A stretch of DNA of 64,000 bases from Lentisphaeria bacterium (lineage in GTDB: Bacteria; Verrucomicrobiota; Lentisphaeria; Victivallales; Victivallaceae). Below are positions 38,279 through 47,548 of the stretch, piece by piece. The stretch covers positions 5,663 to 69,662 of the forward strand of contig CAAGDG010000058.1 of NCBI GenBank assembly GCA_900768515.1, in the 5' to 3' direction. Numbering within the stretch: position 1 is the first letter of the stretch; each line of letters begins with the position of its first letter. The notes below the pieces were generated by a model. It worked only from the letters and a program-made list of their open reading frames with translations. It had not been told where the DNA came from and searched no databases. A program made the translations under genes and the position numbers.

Positions 38279-41200
38279 ATGCTGCAACAGAGTATCCGTC
38301 CGGAAAGGACGATTTTTCACTGCGGAGACACCGTGACATTCCGGCTTTCGGCAACCGGCGGCCGCCCCGGAAGGGCGGTGCTGCGTTCAAACATCGGCAG
38401 AGCCGCAGTCCGCAGGCAGGAACTGATCCGCTTCACCGAGGAGCAGCACCGGCCCGACGGACTCGACTGGTTCGACCGGGAGATGATCCCCGACGGGCCG
38501 GACGCCTTCCGGTTGACCCTGCCCCTCACGGAAGTCGGCATTTTCGAGGCGAAATGCTTCTTTTTCCCGGAGAACGGCAGCGCCCTGGAGTGGGCGGAGG
38601 GCGAGAATTTCCGCCTGAAGGTGGAAAGCGCCGCCAGCATCTGCGCAAACACCATCTACTGCGCTTTTGTCCGCCAGTTCGGGCCGAACCGCGACCTGCC
38701 CTTCGCGCCGGCGGAAGCGCCCGGCGTCGAGGAACTGGACCGGGCCGGCTACACGGTGATCCCCCCTTCCGGCACCTTTCGCGGTCTGATCGGGGAACTC
38801 GACCATATTTTCGGGGCGCTGGGGTGCAGGATTCTCCAGCTTCTGCCGATCCACCCGGCGCCGACCCAATACGGGCGGATGGGCCGTTTCGGCAGTCCGT
38901 TCGCGGCGATCGACTACTTCAACGTCGATCCGGCGCTGGCCGAATTCGACCGGAAACGCACCCCGATGGAACAGTTCGGCGAACTGGTGGACGCCGTCCA
39001 CGGCCGCGACGGCCGGATCTTCCTCGACATCCCGGTCAACCACACCGGTTGGGCTTCGAAACTCCAGGAGGAACACCCCGACTACTTCGTGCGGCGCACC
39101 GACGGAACTTTCGAAAGTCCCGGCGCCTGGGGCGTCGAATGGGCCGACCTCTGCAAACTCAACTACCGCGACGCCAAAGTCCGCGAACTGATGGCCAAGG
39201 TCTTCCTCTTCTGGTGCGGCCGGGGCGTGGACGGCTTCCGGTGTGACGCCGGATACATGCTCCCGGAGGCGGCGTGGGACTACATCGTCGCCCGGGTCCG
39301 GCGGGAATATCCCGACACCGTTTTTCTGCTCGAAGGACTCGGCGGGCCGCTCGCCGTGCAGGAGCGGCTGCTCGGCAGCTCCGGGCTCGACTGGGGATAC
39401 TCCGAACTCTTTCAGCAGTACACCCGGGACCAGATCGCCGGCGGGTTTCCCTACATCGACCGCTGCAGCCGCCGTTTCGGCTCCCTGATCCATTTTGCGG
39501 AGACCCACGACAACAACCGGCTGGCGGCGACCTCGCAGACCTTTTCCCGGCTCCGGTTTCTGGTCACGGCGCTGCTCTCGGAAGGGGGCGGCTTCGGCTT
39601 CGCCAACGGCGCGGAATTTTTCGCCGCGGAAAAAATCGACGTCCACGGCAGCAATGGACTCAACTGGGGGGCGGAACCCAATCTGGTCCCCCTGATCCGG
39701 CAGTTGAACACCCTGCTGGCCGACCACCCCGCCTTTCTTCCGGAGGCGGAAGTGGAGCTGATCCAGACCGGACCGGGCAACGTGATCGCGGCGCGCCGTT
39801 CCGCGCCGGACGGCGCCCGTCTGCTGATTCTGCTGAATCTGGATTGCGAACACGCTGCGATCGTCCAGTGGCCCCGGGATGCGGTCCGGGAGGAGTCGGG
39901 CACCGACCTGCTCGGCGGCGGCCCGGTCCGTTTCCAGCGCGAAGGGGCGGTCTGTTCGGCGACGCTCCCTCCCGGAGCCGGATTCTGCATCGCCTTCGAC
40001 GACTACCGGATTCCAACGCTCCCCCCGGACCGGGAACCGCCCCGGGTGGCCGCTCAGCGGGCCGACGCCATGGCACTGGCCGCATTCGCCGCCCTCGCCG
40101 GTCCCCGGCGCGAACCTCCGGAGAATGCCGGGCAAAAAATGCTCGAAAATCCCGCGGAGTTCTGCCGCCGGGCCGCTGAACTGCCGCTGCCGCCGGTCAC
40201 TCGCTGGCGCGCGGAACGCGATCCCCGCCGGCGGGTCATGGTTCCTCCGGGTGATTTGCTGCTGATCGAATGCGAACGCCGTTTCCGCTTCCGGATCGTC
40301 GAAGCGCGGGAGACCGTCGCATCCGGCGGCGGCCTGACCGGACCGGACGGCGGCCGCTTTGCGCTGACAACGCTTCCCGCCAATCCGGGAGGCGCCGCCC
40401 GGGTGCTCCGGCTCGAAATCGCCATGTTCGATGAATCGGGCCGGACCGAACGCGCTTCCGGGGAACTGGTGCTCCTGCCGAAGGCGTCGGAATGCCGGAT
40501 CCGGCTCTCCGCCGACGCCCGGGAGCTGGAAAAGCGCCGTCTCTTCGCCTTCGCCTCCAACGACACCGGCGGTCTGAGCTACTTCCGGGCGGCCTGGGGA
40601 GAACTCTCCAGCAAGTACGAGGCGGTGCTTGCCGCCAATGCGAATCCCGACTATCCGGTTGACCGCCACACCATGCTGACCCGTCTGCGGATGTGGGTCC
40701 GGGTCAACGGCTTCTCCCAGAAAGTGGACGTCGATTCGCTCGAACGCTTCACCGCCGATCCCGGCAACCGCGCCCGCTGGGAGTTCGCCATCCCGGTCGG
40801 ACAGGGGTGCAGAATGCGGTTCGACATCGAATTTGAAGGGGCGCTCTCCGGCGACGCGGTCCGCTTCCGGATCCACCGCCACCGCAGTTCCGGTCCCGGG
40901 GAGCCGGAGGACGCGACCCCGGCCACAATCATCGTGCGCCCCGACCTGGAAGACCGGATCAACCACGAGGTCACCAAAGCATTCACCGGTCCGGAGCAGC
41001 GCTTTCCGGCGGCGGTCCGGCCGCTGCCGAACGGTTTTGATTTCGCTCCGGCGGAACGCAACCTCTCGTTCCGGATGGAACCGGGAAGCTTCACGTCACA
41101 GCCGGAGTGGTACTACATGGTGGACCTCCCCGCGGAACGTGACTACGGGCTGGAGGACAAAACCGACCTCTTCAGCCCCGGCTACGGAGAGTTTCTCCTC

Positions 41201-42490
41201 CGGGGTGGCGACTGCGGCGTGCTGACCGCGATCGTGACCACCAGCCGCACCCGGGACCTGCCGATCCGCTGGCCGGACCCGGCGGAACCGGCCGGAGAGT
41301 GCGCCCCCGGCGACCTCTACCTGCCGGCGCTCCGGCGTTTCGTAACCCGACGCGACCGCTTCTCAACGGTGATCGCCGGATATCCGTGGTTCCTCGACTG
41401 GGGTCGCGACACCTTGATCGCCCTGCGCGGACTGGCCGGATCCGAATTCCGGGAGGAGTCCGCCGCGATCCTCCGGCAGTTCGCCTGCTTTGAACGCAAA
41501 GGAACCATCCCCAACATGATCCGCGGCCTCGACGACGCCAACCGCGACACCAGCGACGCTCCGCTCTACCTCGTCGTCGCGGTCCGCGACTGGATCGGGG
41601 CGACCGGCGACCGTTCTCTGCTCGACGCCGACTGCGGCGGCAGAACGTTGCGCGAAGTGCTCCGTTCCATCGTCGACAACTATCAGGCGGGAACGCCCAA
41701 CGGCATCGCCATGGATCCGAAGAGCAAACTTGTCTTCAGTCCCTCTCACTTCACCTGGATGGACACCAACTTCCCCGCCGGAACCCCCCGGGAGGGATAT
41801 CCGATCGAAATCCAGGCGCTCTGGTACGCGGCACTCGAATTTCTCGGCGAAGAGGATCGGACGCTGCGATCCCTGGCCGACGAGGTCGCGGCCGGCATTG
41901 AACGGCTCTTCTTCACCCACCCGGACGGCCGCTGCGCCGACTGCCTGCACGCCGGAGCGGGAACCCCGGCGGCAAACGCCTCTCCGGACGACCACATCCG
42001 GCCCAACCAGCTTCTCGCGCTGACACTCGGCGCGGTCCGGGCCCCTGAGAAGCGGCGGCGGATTCTGGAAGCCTGCGAGGAGCTGCTGGTGCCGGGAGGC
42101 ATCCGCTCTCTGGCCGACCGGCCGGTGAGTTTCCAGCTCCCGGTCCGGCTGGACGGCAGACTGCTCAACGATCCGGAGCGTCCCTACCGCGGCCATTACA
42201 GCGGCCCCGAAAACACCTCGCGCAAAGTCGCCTACCACAACGGGACCGTCTGGTGCTGGCCCTTCCCCGCCTACTGTGAAGCGCTCTACCTGACCGGCGG
42301 GGAACCTGTGCGCGAGCGGGCGCTGGCACTGCTGCTCTCGGCCGCACACTACTTTGAATCGACCGTCCCCGGCGAACTGCCGGAGGTCGCCGACGGGGAC
42401 GCTCCCCACCGCGCGGGCGGCTGTTTCGCCCAGGCGTGGAGCGTGTCGGAGTTCTTCCGCGTCCTCCGGCTGCTGAACGCGGAGAGGTAG
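38279..42490 (+). CDS. Fusion protein of 1403 aa. N-terminal GH13 alpha-amylase-family catalytic module (GlgE/amylosucrase-like, with an N-terminal beta-sandwich). C-terminal amylo-alpha-1,6-glucosidase (GDE_C, (alpha/alpha)6) module.
   Basis: GH13 regions: IFLDIPVNHTGW (I), GFRCDAGYM (II, nucleophile Asp), FLLEGLG (III), FAETHDN (IV). The C-terminal half has GYPWFLDWGRDTLIAL and WCWPFPAYCEAL, signatures of glycogen-debranching-enzyme C-domains. Confidence 0.8.
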   Translation: MLQQSIRPERTIFHCGDTVTFRLSATGGRPGRAVLRSNIGRAAVRRQELIRFTEEQHRPDGLDWFDREMIPDGPDAFRLTLPLTEVGIFEAKCFFFPENGSALEWAEGENFRLKVESAASICANTIYCAFVRQFGPNRDLPFAPAEAPGVEELDRAGYTVIPPSGTFRGLIGELDHIFGALGCRILQLLPIHPAPTQYGRMGRFGSPFAAIDYFNVDPALAEFDRKRTPMEQFGELVDAVHGRDGRIFLDIPVNHTGWASKLQEEHPDYFVRRTDGTFESPGAWGVEWADLCKLNYRDAKVRELMAKVFLFWCGRGVDGFRCDAGYMLPEAAWDYIVARVRREYPDTVFLLEGLGGPLAVQERLLGSSGLDWGYSELFQQYTRDQIAGGFPYIDRCSRRFGSLIHFAETHDNNRLAATSQTFSRLRFLVTALLSEGGGFGFANGAEFFAAEKIDVHGSNGLNWGAEPNLVPLIRQLNTLLADHPAFLPEAEVELIQTGPGNVIAARRSAPDGARLLILLNLDCEHAAIVQWPRDAVREESGTDLLGGGPVRFQREGAVCSATLPPGAGFCIAFDDYRIPTLPPDREPPRVAAQRADAMALAAFAALAGPRREPPENAGQKMLENPAEFCRRAAELPLPPVTRWRAERDPRRRVMVPPGDLLLIECERRFRFRIVEARETVASGGGLTGPDGGRFALTTLPANPGGAARVLRLEIAMFDESGRTERASGELVLLPKASECRIRLSADARELEKRRLFAFASNDTGGLSYFRAAWGELSSKYEAVLAANANPDYPVDRHTMLTRLRMWVRVNGFSQKVDVDSLERFTADPGNRARWEFAIPVGQGCRMRFDIEFEGALSGDAVRFRIHRHRSSGPGEPEDATPATIIVRPDLEDRINHEVTKAFTGPEQRFPAAVRPLPNGFDFAPAERNLSFRMEPGSFTSQPEWYYMVDLPAERDYGLEDKTDLFSPGYGEFLLRGGDCGVLTAIVTTSRTRDLPIRWPDPAEPAGECAPGDLYLPALRRFVTRRDRFSTVIAGYPWFLDWGRDTLIALRGLAGSEFREESAAILRQFACFERKGTIPNMIRGLDDANRDTSDAPLYLVVAVRDWIGATGDRSLLDADCGGRTLREVLRSIVDNYQAGTPNGIAMDPKSKLVFSPSHFTWMDTNFPAGTPREGYPIEIQALWYAALEFLGEEDRTLRSLADEVAAGIERLFFTHPDGRCADCLHAGAGTPAANASPDDHIRPNQLLALTLGAVRAPEKRRRILEACEELLVPGGIRSLADRPVSFQLPVRLDGRLLNDPERPYRGHYSGPENTSRKVAYHNGTVWCWPFPAYCEALYLTGGEPVRERALALLLSAAHYFESTVPGELPEVADGDAPHRAGGCFAQAWSVSEFFRVLRLLNAER

Positions 42491-42494
42491 CGAA

Positions 42495-44018
42495 ATGAAG
42501 CTGCTCTGGCGCAACCTCTGGCTGGCCGACGGATCCGGCTCCCCCCTTCGCCGCCGCTGTGTGCTGACCGACGGGGACGAAGTGGTCGCGGTGGAACCGG
42601 AGATCACCGCCTCCGCCGCCGACCGGACCGTCGAAATCGACGGAAAAATCCTGGCGCCGGGATTCCTCGACGTCCACAGCCACTCCGATCTTTCAATTCT
42701 GGCCCGGCCGGAGGGATTCGGCAAGATTTCGCAGGGGGTGACCGGAGAGGTCGTGGGAAACTGCGGACTCTCCCCCTTCCCGATCACGCCGCGCAACCGG
42801 GAGCACCTCCAGCAGCTCTGGCGGAAAAACGGCGTTGAAATCACCTGGGACGACTGCGCCGGTTACCTCGGAGAACTCCGCCGCCGCGGGGTGCGGCTCC
42901 GGATCACTCCCCTCTGCGGCCACAATACGCTGCGCGCCGCCGTCGCGGGGTACGAACAGCGGGAACTCTCCGGGAAACAGCTTGAAGAGATGGAGCAACT
43001 GCTTGAAACCGCACTCCGGCAGGGGGCGGCGGGACTCTCGACCGGACTGCTCTACGTGCCGGGAGAGTTCGCCACCGACGAGGAGCTGTTCCGACTGCTC
43101 CGGGTCGTGCAGCGCCACAACGCGCTCCACGCCACCCATCTGCGCAGCGAAGGAGACCGGTTGCTCGAATCACTGGAGTCGACGCTCGAAACCGCCCGAA
43201 GAGCCGGTCTCGAACGGCTCCAGATCAGCCACTTCAAAACCGCGGGCGCCGCCAACTGGGGAAAACTCGACGCCGCAATCATGCTGCTCGAAGCAGCCCG
43301 GAACGGAGGAATGAAACTCTTTGTCGACCGCTATCCCTACACCGAATCGATGACCCAGCTGAGCGTGATCCTGCCGGGAAAGTGGAGTTCGCTCGACGAC
43401 TCCGCCCTCATGCGGCGCCTGGAGACGCCGGAAGAGGCGGTCCGGCTCGAACAGGAGCTGACCGACTCTCGGAGCACTGACTCCTGGCGCACGGTCCGGC
43501 TGATCGGGACCGCAGCCCCCGCCTTCCAGCGCTACGCCGGCTGGACCTTCGACCGGATCGCCGCGGCGGAAAATCAGCCGCCCGCCGCCGTCGCGGTCCG
43601 GATTCTGGCGGCCGACGCGACCGGCGCCGGCGCCGGATTCCGCGGCATGTCCGAGGAGAATCTCTCCCGGATTCTGGCGCTCGACTGGTGCGTCTGCGGC
43701 AGCGACGAGAATGCGCGGCCCGCCGACGACTCCATCGGTCGCGGACACCCCCGCGCCTTCGGAAGTTTCCCGCGGTTTCTGCGGATGCGGCTCGACGCCG
43801 GGGAGTCCATCGAATCAGCGGTCCGCCGGCTCACCGCGCTTCCCGCTGAAATCTTCCAGCGCGAAAGGCAGGGACGGATCGCACCGGGATTCCACGCCGA
43901 TTTTGCAGCGTTCGACCCGGATACGATCAACTCCTCCGCAGATTTTCTCTCTCCTCACACGCCGGCCGAAGGCATTCTGCTGACCGCGATCGGCGGCGAA
44001 ATCATCTACCGCCCCTGA
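42495..44018 (+). CDS. N-acyl-D-amino-acid deacylase (D-aminoacylase) family amidohydrolase.
   Basis: APGFLDVHSHSD, GVTGEVVGNCGLSP, and the family C-terminal region. 5 nt after the preceding gene. Confidence 0.8.
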   Translation: MKLLWRNLWLADGSGSPLRRRCVLTDGDEVVAVEPEITASAADRTVEIDGKILAPGFLDVHSHSDLSILARPEGFGKISQGVTGEVVGNCGLSPFPITPRNREHLQQLWRKNGVEITWDDCAGYLGELRRRGVRLRITPLCGHNTLRAAVAGYEQRELSGKQLEEMEQLLETALRQGAAGLSTGLLYVPGEFATDEELFRLLRVVQRHNALHATHLRSEGDRLLESLESTLETARRAGLERLQISHFKTAGAANWGKLDAAIMLLEAARNGGMKLFVDRYPYTESMTQLSVILPGKWSSLDDSALMRRLETPEEAVRLEQELTDSRSTDSWRTVRLIGTAAPAFQRYAGWTFDRIAAAENQPPAAVAVRILAADATGAGAGFRGMSEENLSRILALDWCVCGSDENARPADDSIGRGHPRAFGSFPRFLRMRLDAGESIESAVRRLTALPAEIFQRERQGRIAPGFHADFAAFDPDTINSSADFLSPHTPAEGILLTAIGGEIIYRP

Positions 44019-44040
44019 GGAGAAATCCCGAACACGACAA

Positions 44041-44080
44041 CAGGGGCGTTCCCCCGAAAAGGAACGCCCCCGTATGTTTT
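44041..44080. terminator. Terminator hairpin between convergent genes.
   Basis: GGGGCGTTCC-cccgaaaag-GAACGCCCCC then GTATGTTTTC. Confidence 0.55.
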
Positions 44081-44100
44081 CTACCGGTTCCGGCGGGAAG

Positions 44101-45408
44101 TTACTTCGCCGCCTTGTCCAGCTCCGCCGCGTTGGCGAGCAGAGTGGACCAGACCGCCGCCTGCTTGTCGCTCGCGGCGGCGCGAACCAGCTGGACCATC
44201 TTGACCGCCGTCAACTGCCCGGCGGCGGGGACGGTCATGGTGGTGGTCACGTGTCCATCCGCGTAACCGACCAGCAGCTTGCCGCCTTCCAGCTGAGCCA
44301 GCAGCAACGGAACCTCGGAAGGCGTGGAGAATGCGATCGGACGGAGGTTCTTGCCAAGATAGATGAAATCATTCCCGGAGAGCAGATCTTCCGAAGTAAA
44401 ATCTTTAAGCCCGGCAAGCGTGGGGGGCAGTTTTCCGTCGTTTTCATCCATGTACATCATGCACCCGAGCAGGATCTGCTTTGCATTGGAAACCTTGAGA
44501 TTCGCCTGAGCGCGGGTCCGGGCACCCATGACCCCCTCGTTCACAGCCTTGATGAACTTGTCGAATTCCGAAGGCGGTAGCGACGACTCCAGCTTGAGCG
44601 TCCCCTTGTCGGCAACCAGTTCCAGATCCTTGAGCGCCGCCTGCGCTTCCGGCGGGGCCGCCAGTTTGGCCTGTCCGAGGAACATGTCGAGCATGCCCTT
44701 CGCCTCCAGCGCGGCGTCGGCGTCGGAGAACTGGCAGGCAAGAGCAGTGACCAGCGTCTTGTCCCCCTTCTCCTGGACGGAGAGGGTCACCGACTGGAGC
44801 TTTTTCGCGAATGGCGGAACCTGCGGCATCGTGGCCACCACCGTGCTCGGATCGACCGCGGCCAGCACCAGACTCTTGTCAAACTGCTGCGAAAGCGCAA
44901 ACTTGTTCTTTCCCTCCGCCTTGAAAGGGAACTCCCAGTCGCCGTCGACGTTGAACATCAGCAGGTCGGAATCGACCAGGACAATGTGCGTCTCAGGCTC
45001 TCCCGGCATCTTCAATCCGGGTTTGCCGCCGAACTCGGCCGCGGCACCTTCCTTCTTGAGGGCTTCGAAAATCCGACCGGCGCGGCCATCGGTGGTACGG
45101 ATCACGACACCACCTTTCTGCACTTCAGCGGAGAACTCGCCAAAGCCGAGATACTCCGCCTCAAAATCCGAAGGTTTCAACCCGACCTTCGCCATCTCCT
45201 GTTCCAGTTTCCTGCCATCCGCATCCTGAGAAACCATCTGAATGATCTTGTCGGTCAGCGGATGCGCCTTGAGCTTGACGCCATCCACGCCGACCACCAG
45301 ATTGGCTCCTTCCGGAACGTACTTCGCAAGCGGCTCATCCCCGCACCCCGCCACCAGCAGGCAGAGCGCCGCGGCAGCAGCACAACCGATTCTTCCCAGC
45401 AATTTCAT
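44101..45408 (-). CDS. Lipoprotein. The N-terminal domain is paralogous to the neighbouring secreted protein. The C-terminal ~110 aa resemble the DUF1559 H-X9-DG tail of pseudopilin-like proteins.
   Basis: MMKLLGRIGCAAAAALCLLVAGCG lipobox (GGAGG RBS). C-terminal NAKQILLGCMMYMDENDGKLPP...LLVGYADGHVTT, compare FFDGHAA / YSDGHVRG in the pilin-like genes. Confidence 0.7.
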   Translation of the reverse strand: MKLLGRIGCAAAAALCLLVAGCGDEPLAKYVPEGANLVVGVDGVKLKAHPLTDKIIQMVSQDADGRKLEQEMAKVGLKPSDFEAEYLGFGEFSAEVQKGGVVIRTTDGRAGRIFEALKKEGAAAEFGGKPGLKMPGEPETHIVLVDSDLLMFNVDGDWEFPFKAEGKNKFALSQQFDKSLVLAAVDPSTVVATMPQVPPFAKKLQSVTLSVQEKGDKTLVTALACQFSDADAALEAKGMLDMFLGQAKLAAPPEAQAALKDLELVADKGTLKLESSLPPSEFDKFIKAVNEGVMGARTRAQANLKVSNAKQILLGCMMYMDENDGKLPPTLAGLKDFTSEDLLSGNDFIYLGKNLRPIAFSTPSEVPLLLAQLEGGKLLVGYADGHVTTTMTVPAAGQLTAVKMVQLVRAAASDKQAAVWSTLLANAAELDKAAK

Positions 45409-45481
45409 CATTCCCTCCCTTGTTGATAGTAACCGCCGAACTCCGGCCCCTGCCCCGGGGACAATCCTCCACGGCGAAACC

Positions 45482-46432
45482 TCATTCGACTTCGGCATCC
45501 TCTCTGAATACGATTCCGGTCAAAAGCTCCGGCAGCTCTCCGATCAGCTGCAGAAGCAGTTCATCTTCAAAGCTCCGCGCCAGCATCAGGCGCGCACCAT
45601 CGGACTTGAGTTCAAGCCCGTCGAACAACTTCTGTTCCGTTCCGTCAAAAGAGGTGCGACCGGCCGCAATCCACGCCTCCAGAAGCCTGGAAACCGTCAC
45701 CGCGCTCTCCGAATCGGAAAAATCCGCACAGATCCGCAGCTCCAACCTCCCCGCCCGGTCCGACAAAAGCAGATCGAACATTTCCAGATCCCGAAATTCC
45801 TGCGGGAAAGCACCCCCCTGCATCTCCATCACGGAAAACAATCCGCGCGGCAGAACGAGCATGCGAACCAGATTTCCCCCCATGGCACGCCCCTCCAGCA
45901 GCGGCGGGACCTCCCGGGATTTCGTCTGCGGAACCGGAGTGATTCCAACCATTACCATGAGCAGATTCTTCCCTTCCAGAAGAAGCGCGGAGTCCGGCCG
46001 GAAATATCCGCCCCGCACAACCAGAAGTTTCTGCCCGGCAATCAGGCTGCTCTGCACATTGGACCGCATCGAGCTGTTCCGCTGCGCCACCTCAAAAAGC
46101 CGCATTGCTCCGCCGTCGACGGTCTCAAGCACCATTCCTCCGGTTTCCGTGACCGTGTTGGCGTAAAACAAATAGCGCCCGAGAAAATCCTCCCATTGAA
46201 AACCGGCGTTCCGCACCCGGTCACACAGCTTCTTCCACTTTGAATTTCCATCCGGCGCACTGTGCGTCTCAAACGCCCGCCGAACCTGCGGATGGTTACA
46301 CAGCGCCGGAAGATCCACCATCAGCACCAGATCTGAATTCCGGGCCGCCAGCGGTTCGAGCGCATAGGGTGTCACGGCAGGAGCGGCGCACCAACACATC
46401 GTCACAGATACAACAACGGAAAAAAATTTCAT
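45482..46432 (-). CDS. Secreted hypothetical protein (paralog of the N-terminal domain of 44101..45408).
   Basis: MKFFSVVVSVTMCWCAAPA signal. Shared pattern EPLA..[NS][DL]LV.[GM]VD...HP......DG......VG[LF]...[DE]F..YL.....TGG.V..T.DG.A.R.FEA with the neighbour. Confidence 0.6.
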   Translation of the reverse strand: MKFFSVVVSVTMCWCAAPAVTPYALEPLAARNSDLVLMVDLPALCNHPQVRRAFETHSAPDGNSKWKKLCDRVRNAGFQWEDFLGRYLFYANTVTETGGMVLETVDGGAMRLFEVAQRNSSMRSNVQSSLIAGQKLLVVRGGYFRPDSALLLEGKNLLMVMVGITPVPQTKSREVPPLLEGRAMGGNLVRMLVLPRGLFSVMEMQGGAFPQEFRDLEMFDLLLSDRAGRLELRICADFSDSESAVTVSRLLEAWIAAGRTSFDGTEQKLFDGLELKSDGARLMLARSFEDELLLQLIGELPELLTGIVFREDAEVE

Positions 46433-46627
46433 CGCCGCCTCTCGCCCGGCTCCCGGACCAGCCATCCATCCTGGTGACGAATGCCGGAGAAACACCTTCC
46501 GCCAAGCCATCCGGGATTCAGAAGGAGTCCGGAAACACTTTCGCGCCCGCTTCATAACAATAGCTCCATTCCCGGTGTTTTCAAACAGGAAACCGGTTTT
46601 TTATACTCAAAAATGGAAGTTTTTTTA

Positions 46628-46660
46628 ACAAAAAAACGGGGGACTTTCCGCCCCCCGCCG
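46628..46660 (-). terminator. Intrinsic terminator after the ABC-transporter operon (minus strand).
   Basis: Minus strand reads CGGGGGGCGGAAAGTCCCCCG hairpin followed by TTTTTTTG. Confidence 0.55.
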
Positions 46661-46680
46661 GATTTTGGCAGGAAAAAACC

Positions 46681-47529
46681 TCAGCCTTTGACGCCGCCAA
46701 GCATGATTCCCTTGACCAGCTGTTTCTGCATCGCGACGAAGATCACAATCATCGGAAGCACGCTCATCGCCACCGCCGCCATCAGCAAGTTGGTCTGCTG
46801 GCCGGCCGAGGAGTCGAACGACAGCATGCCGATCGGAAGCGTGTACTTGTCCGGACTCTTCATCAGAACCAGCGGCCAGAACAGGCTGTTGTAGCAGCCG
46901 ATGAAACTGAAAATGGTCAGCGTGACCAGCGCCGGACGGGCCAGCGGCAGCACCACGTCCCAGTAGAGCTGCCACTTGGTGGCGCCGTCGATCTCCGCAG
47001 CCTCATCGAGGGATTTCGGAATGTTCATCATGAACTGCCGCATCAGAAAAGTGCCGAACGCCGAAAACGCACCCGGCAGAATCAGTCCGACATAGGTGTC
47101 GACCAGATGCAGCCGGATCATGTTCTGATAGTTCGGAATCATCATCACCAGCCCCGGCAGCATCATCGTCGCCAGGTAGAGGAAGAACACCTGATCGCGG
47201 CCCTTCCAGCGCAGCCGCGAAAAACTGAACGCAGCCAGACTGCTGGTGAACACCTGCAGAAACGTGGTCCAGCAGGCGACAAAGACCGTGTTCCAGTACC
47301 AGCGGCCGAAGAAGATTCCCGGCATGGAGAACACATCCCGGTAGTTCTCCCAGCGGAGGATCCCGTCGGAGGGAAGCCAGCTGTCGAGATTCACTTCGCT
47401 CAACAGCTTCAGACTCGCCAGAATCATCCAGGTGAACGGCAGCACCAGAAGCGTCGCCATCAGCGTCAACACCACATTCAAGCTCAGGAGCTTGCAGAAA
47501 TTACTGAAAAACTTGCTATTCTCTCTCAT
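46681..47529 (-). CDS. Carbohydrate ABC transporter permease (MalG-like).
   Basis: Six TM segments. EAA loop DEAAEIDGATKWQ. Confidence 0.85.
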   Translation of the reverse strand: MRENSKFFSNFCKLLSLNVVLTLMATLLVLPFTWMILASLKLLSEVNLDSWLPSDGILRWENYRDVFSMPGIFFGRWYWNTVFVACWTTFLQVFTSSLAAFSFSRLRWKGRDQVFFLYLATMMLPGLVMMIPNYQNMIRLHLVDTYVGLILPGAFSAFGTFLMRQFMMNIPKSLDEAAEIDGATKWQLYWDVVLPLARPALVTLTIFSFIGCYNSLFWPLVLMKSPDKYTLPIGMLSFDSSAGQQTNLLMAAVAMSVLPMIVIFVAMQKQLVKGIMLGGVKG

Positions 47530-47548
47530 TGCGATTCCCCACTCCCGA

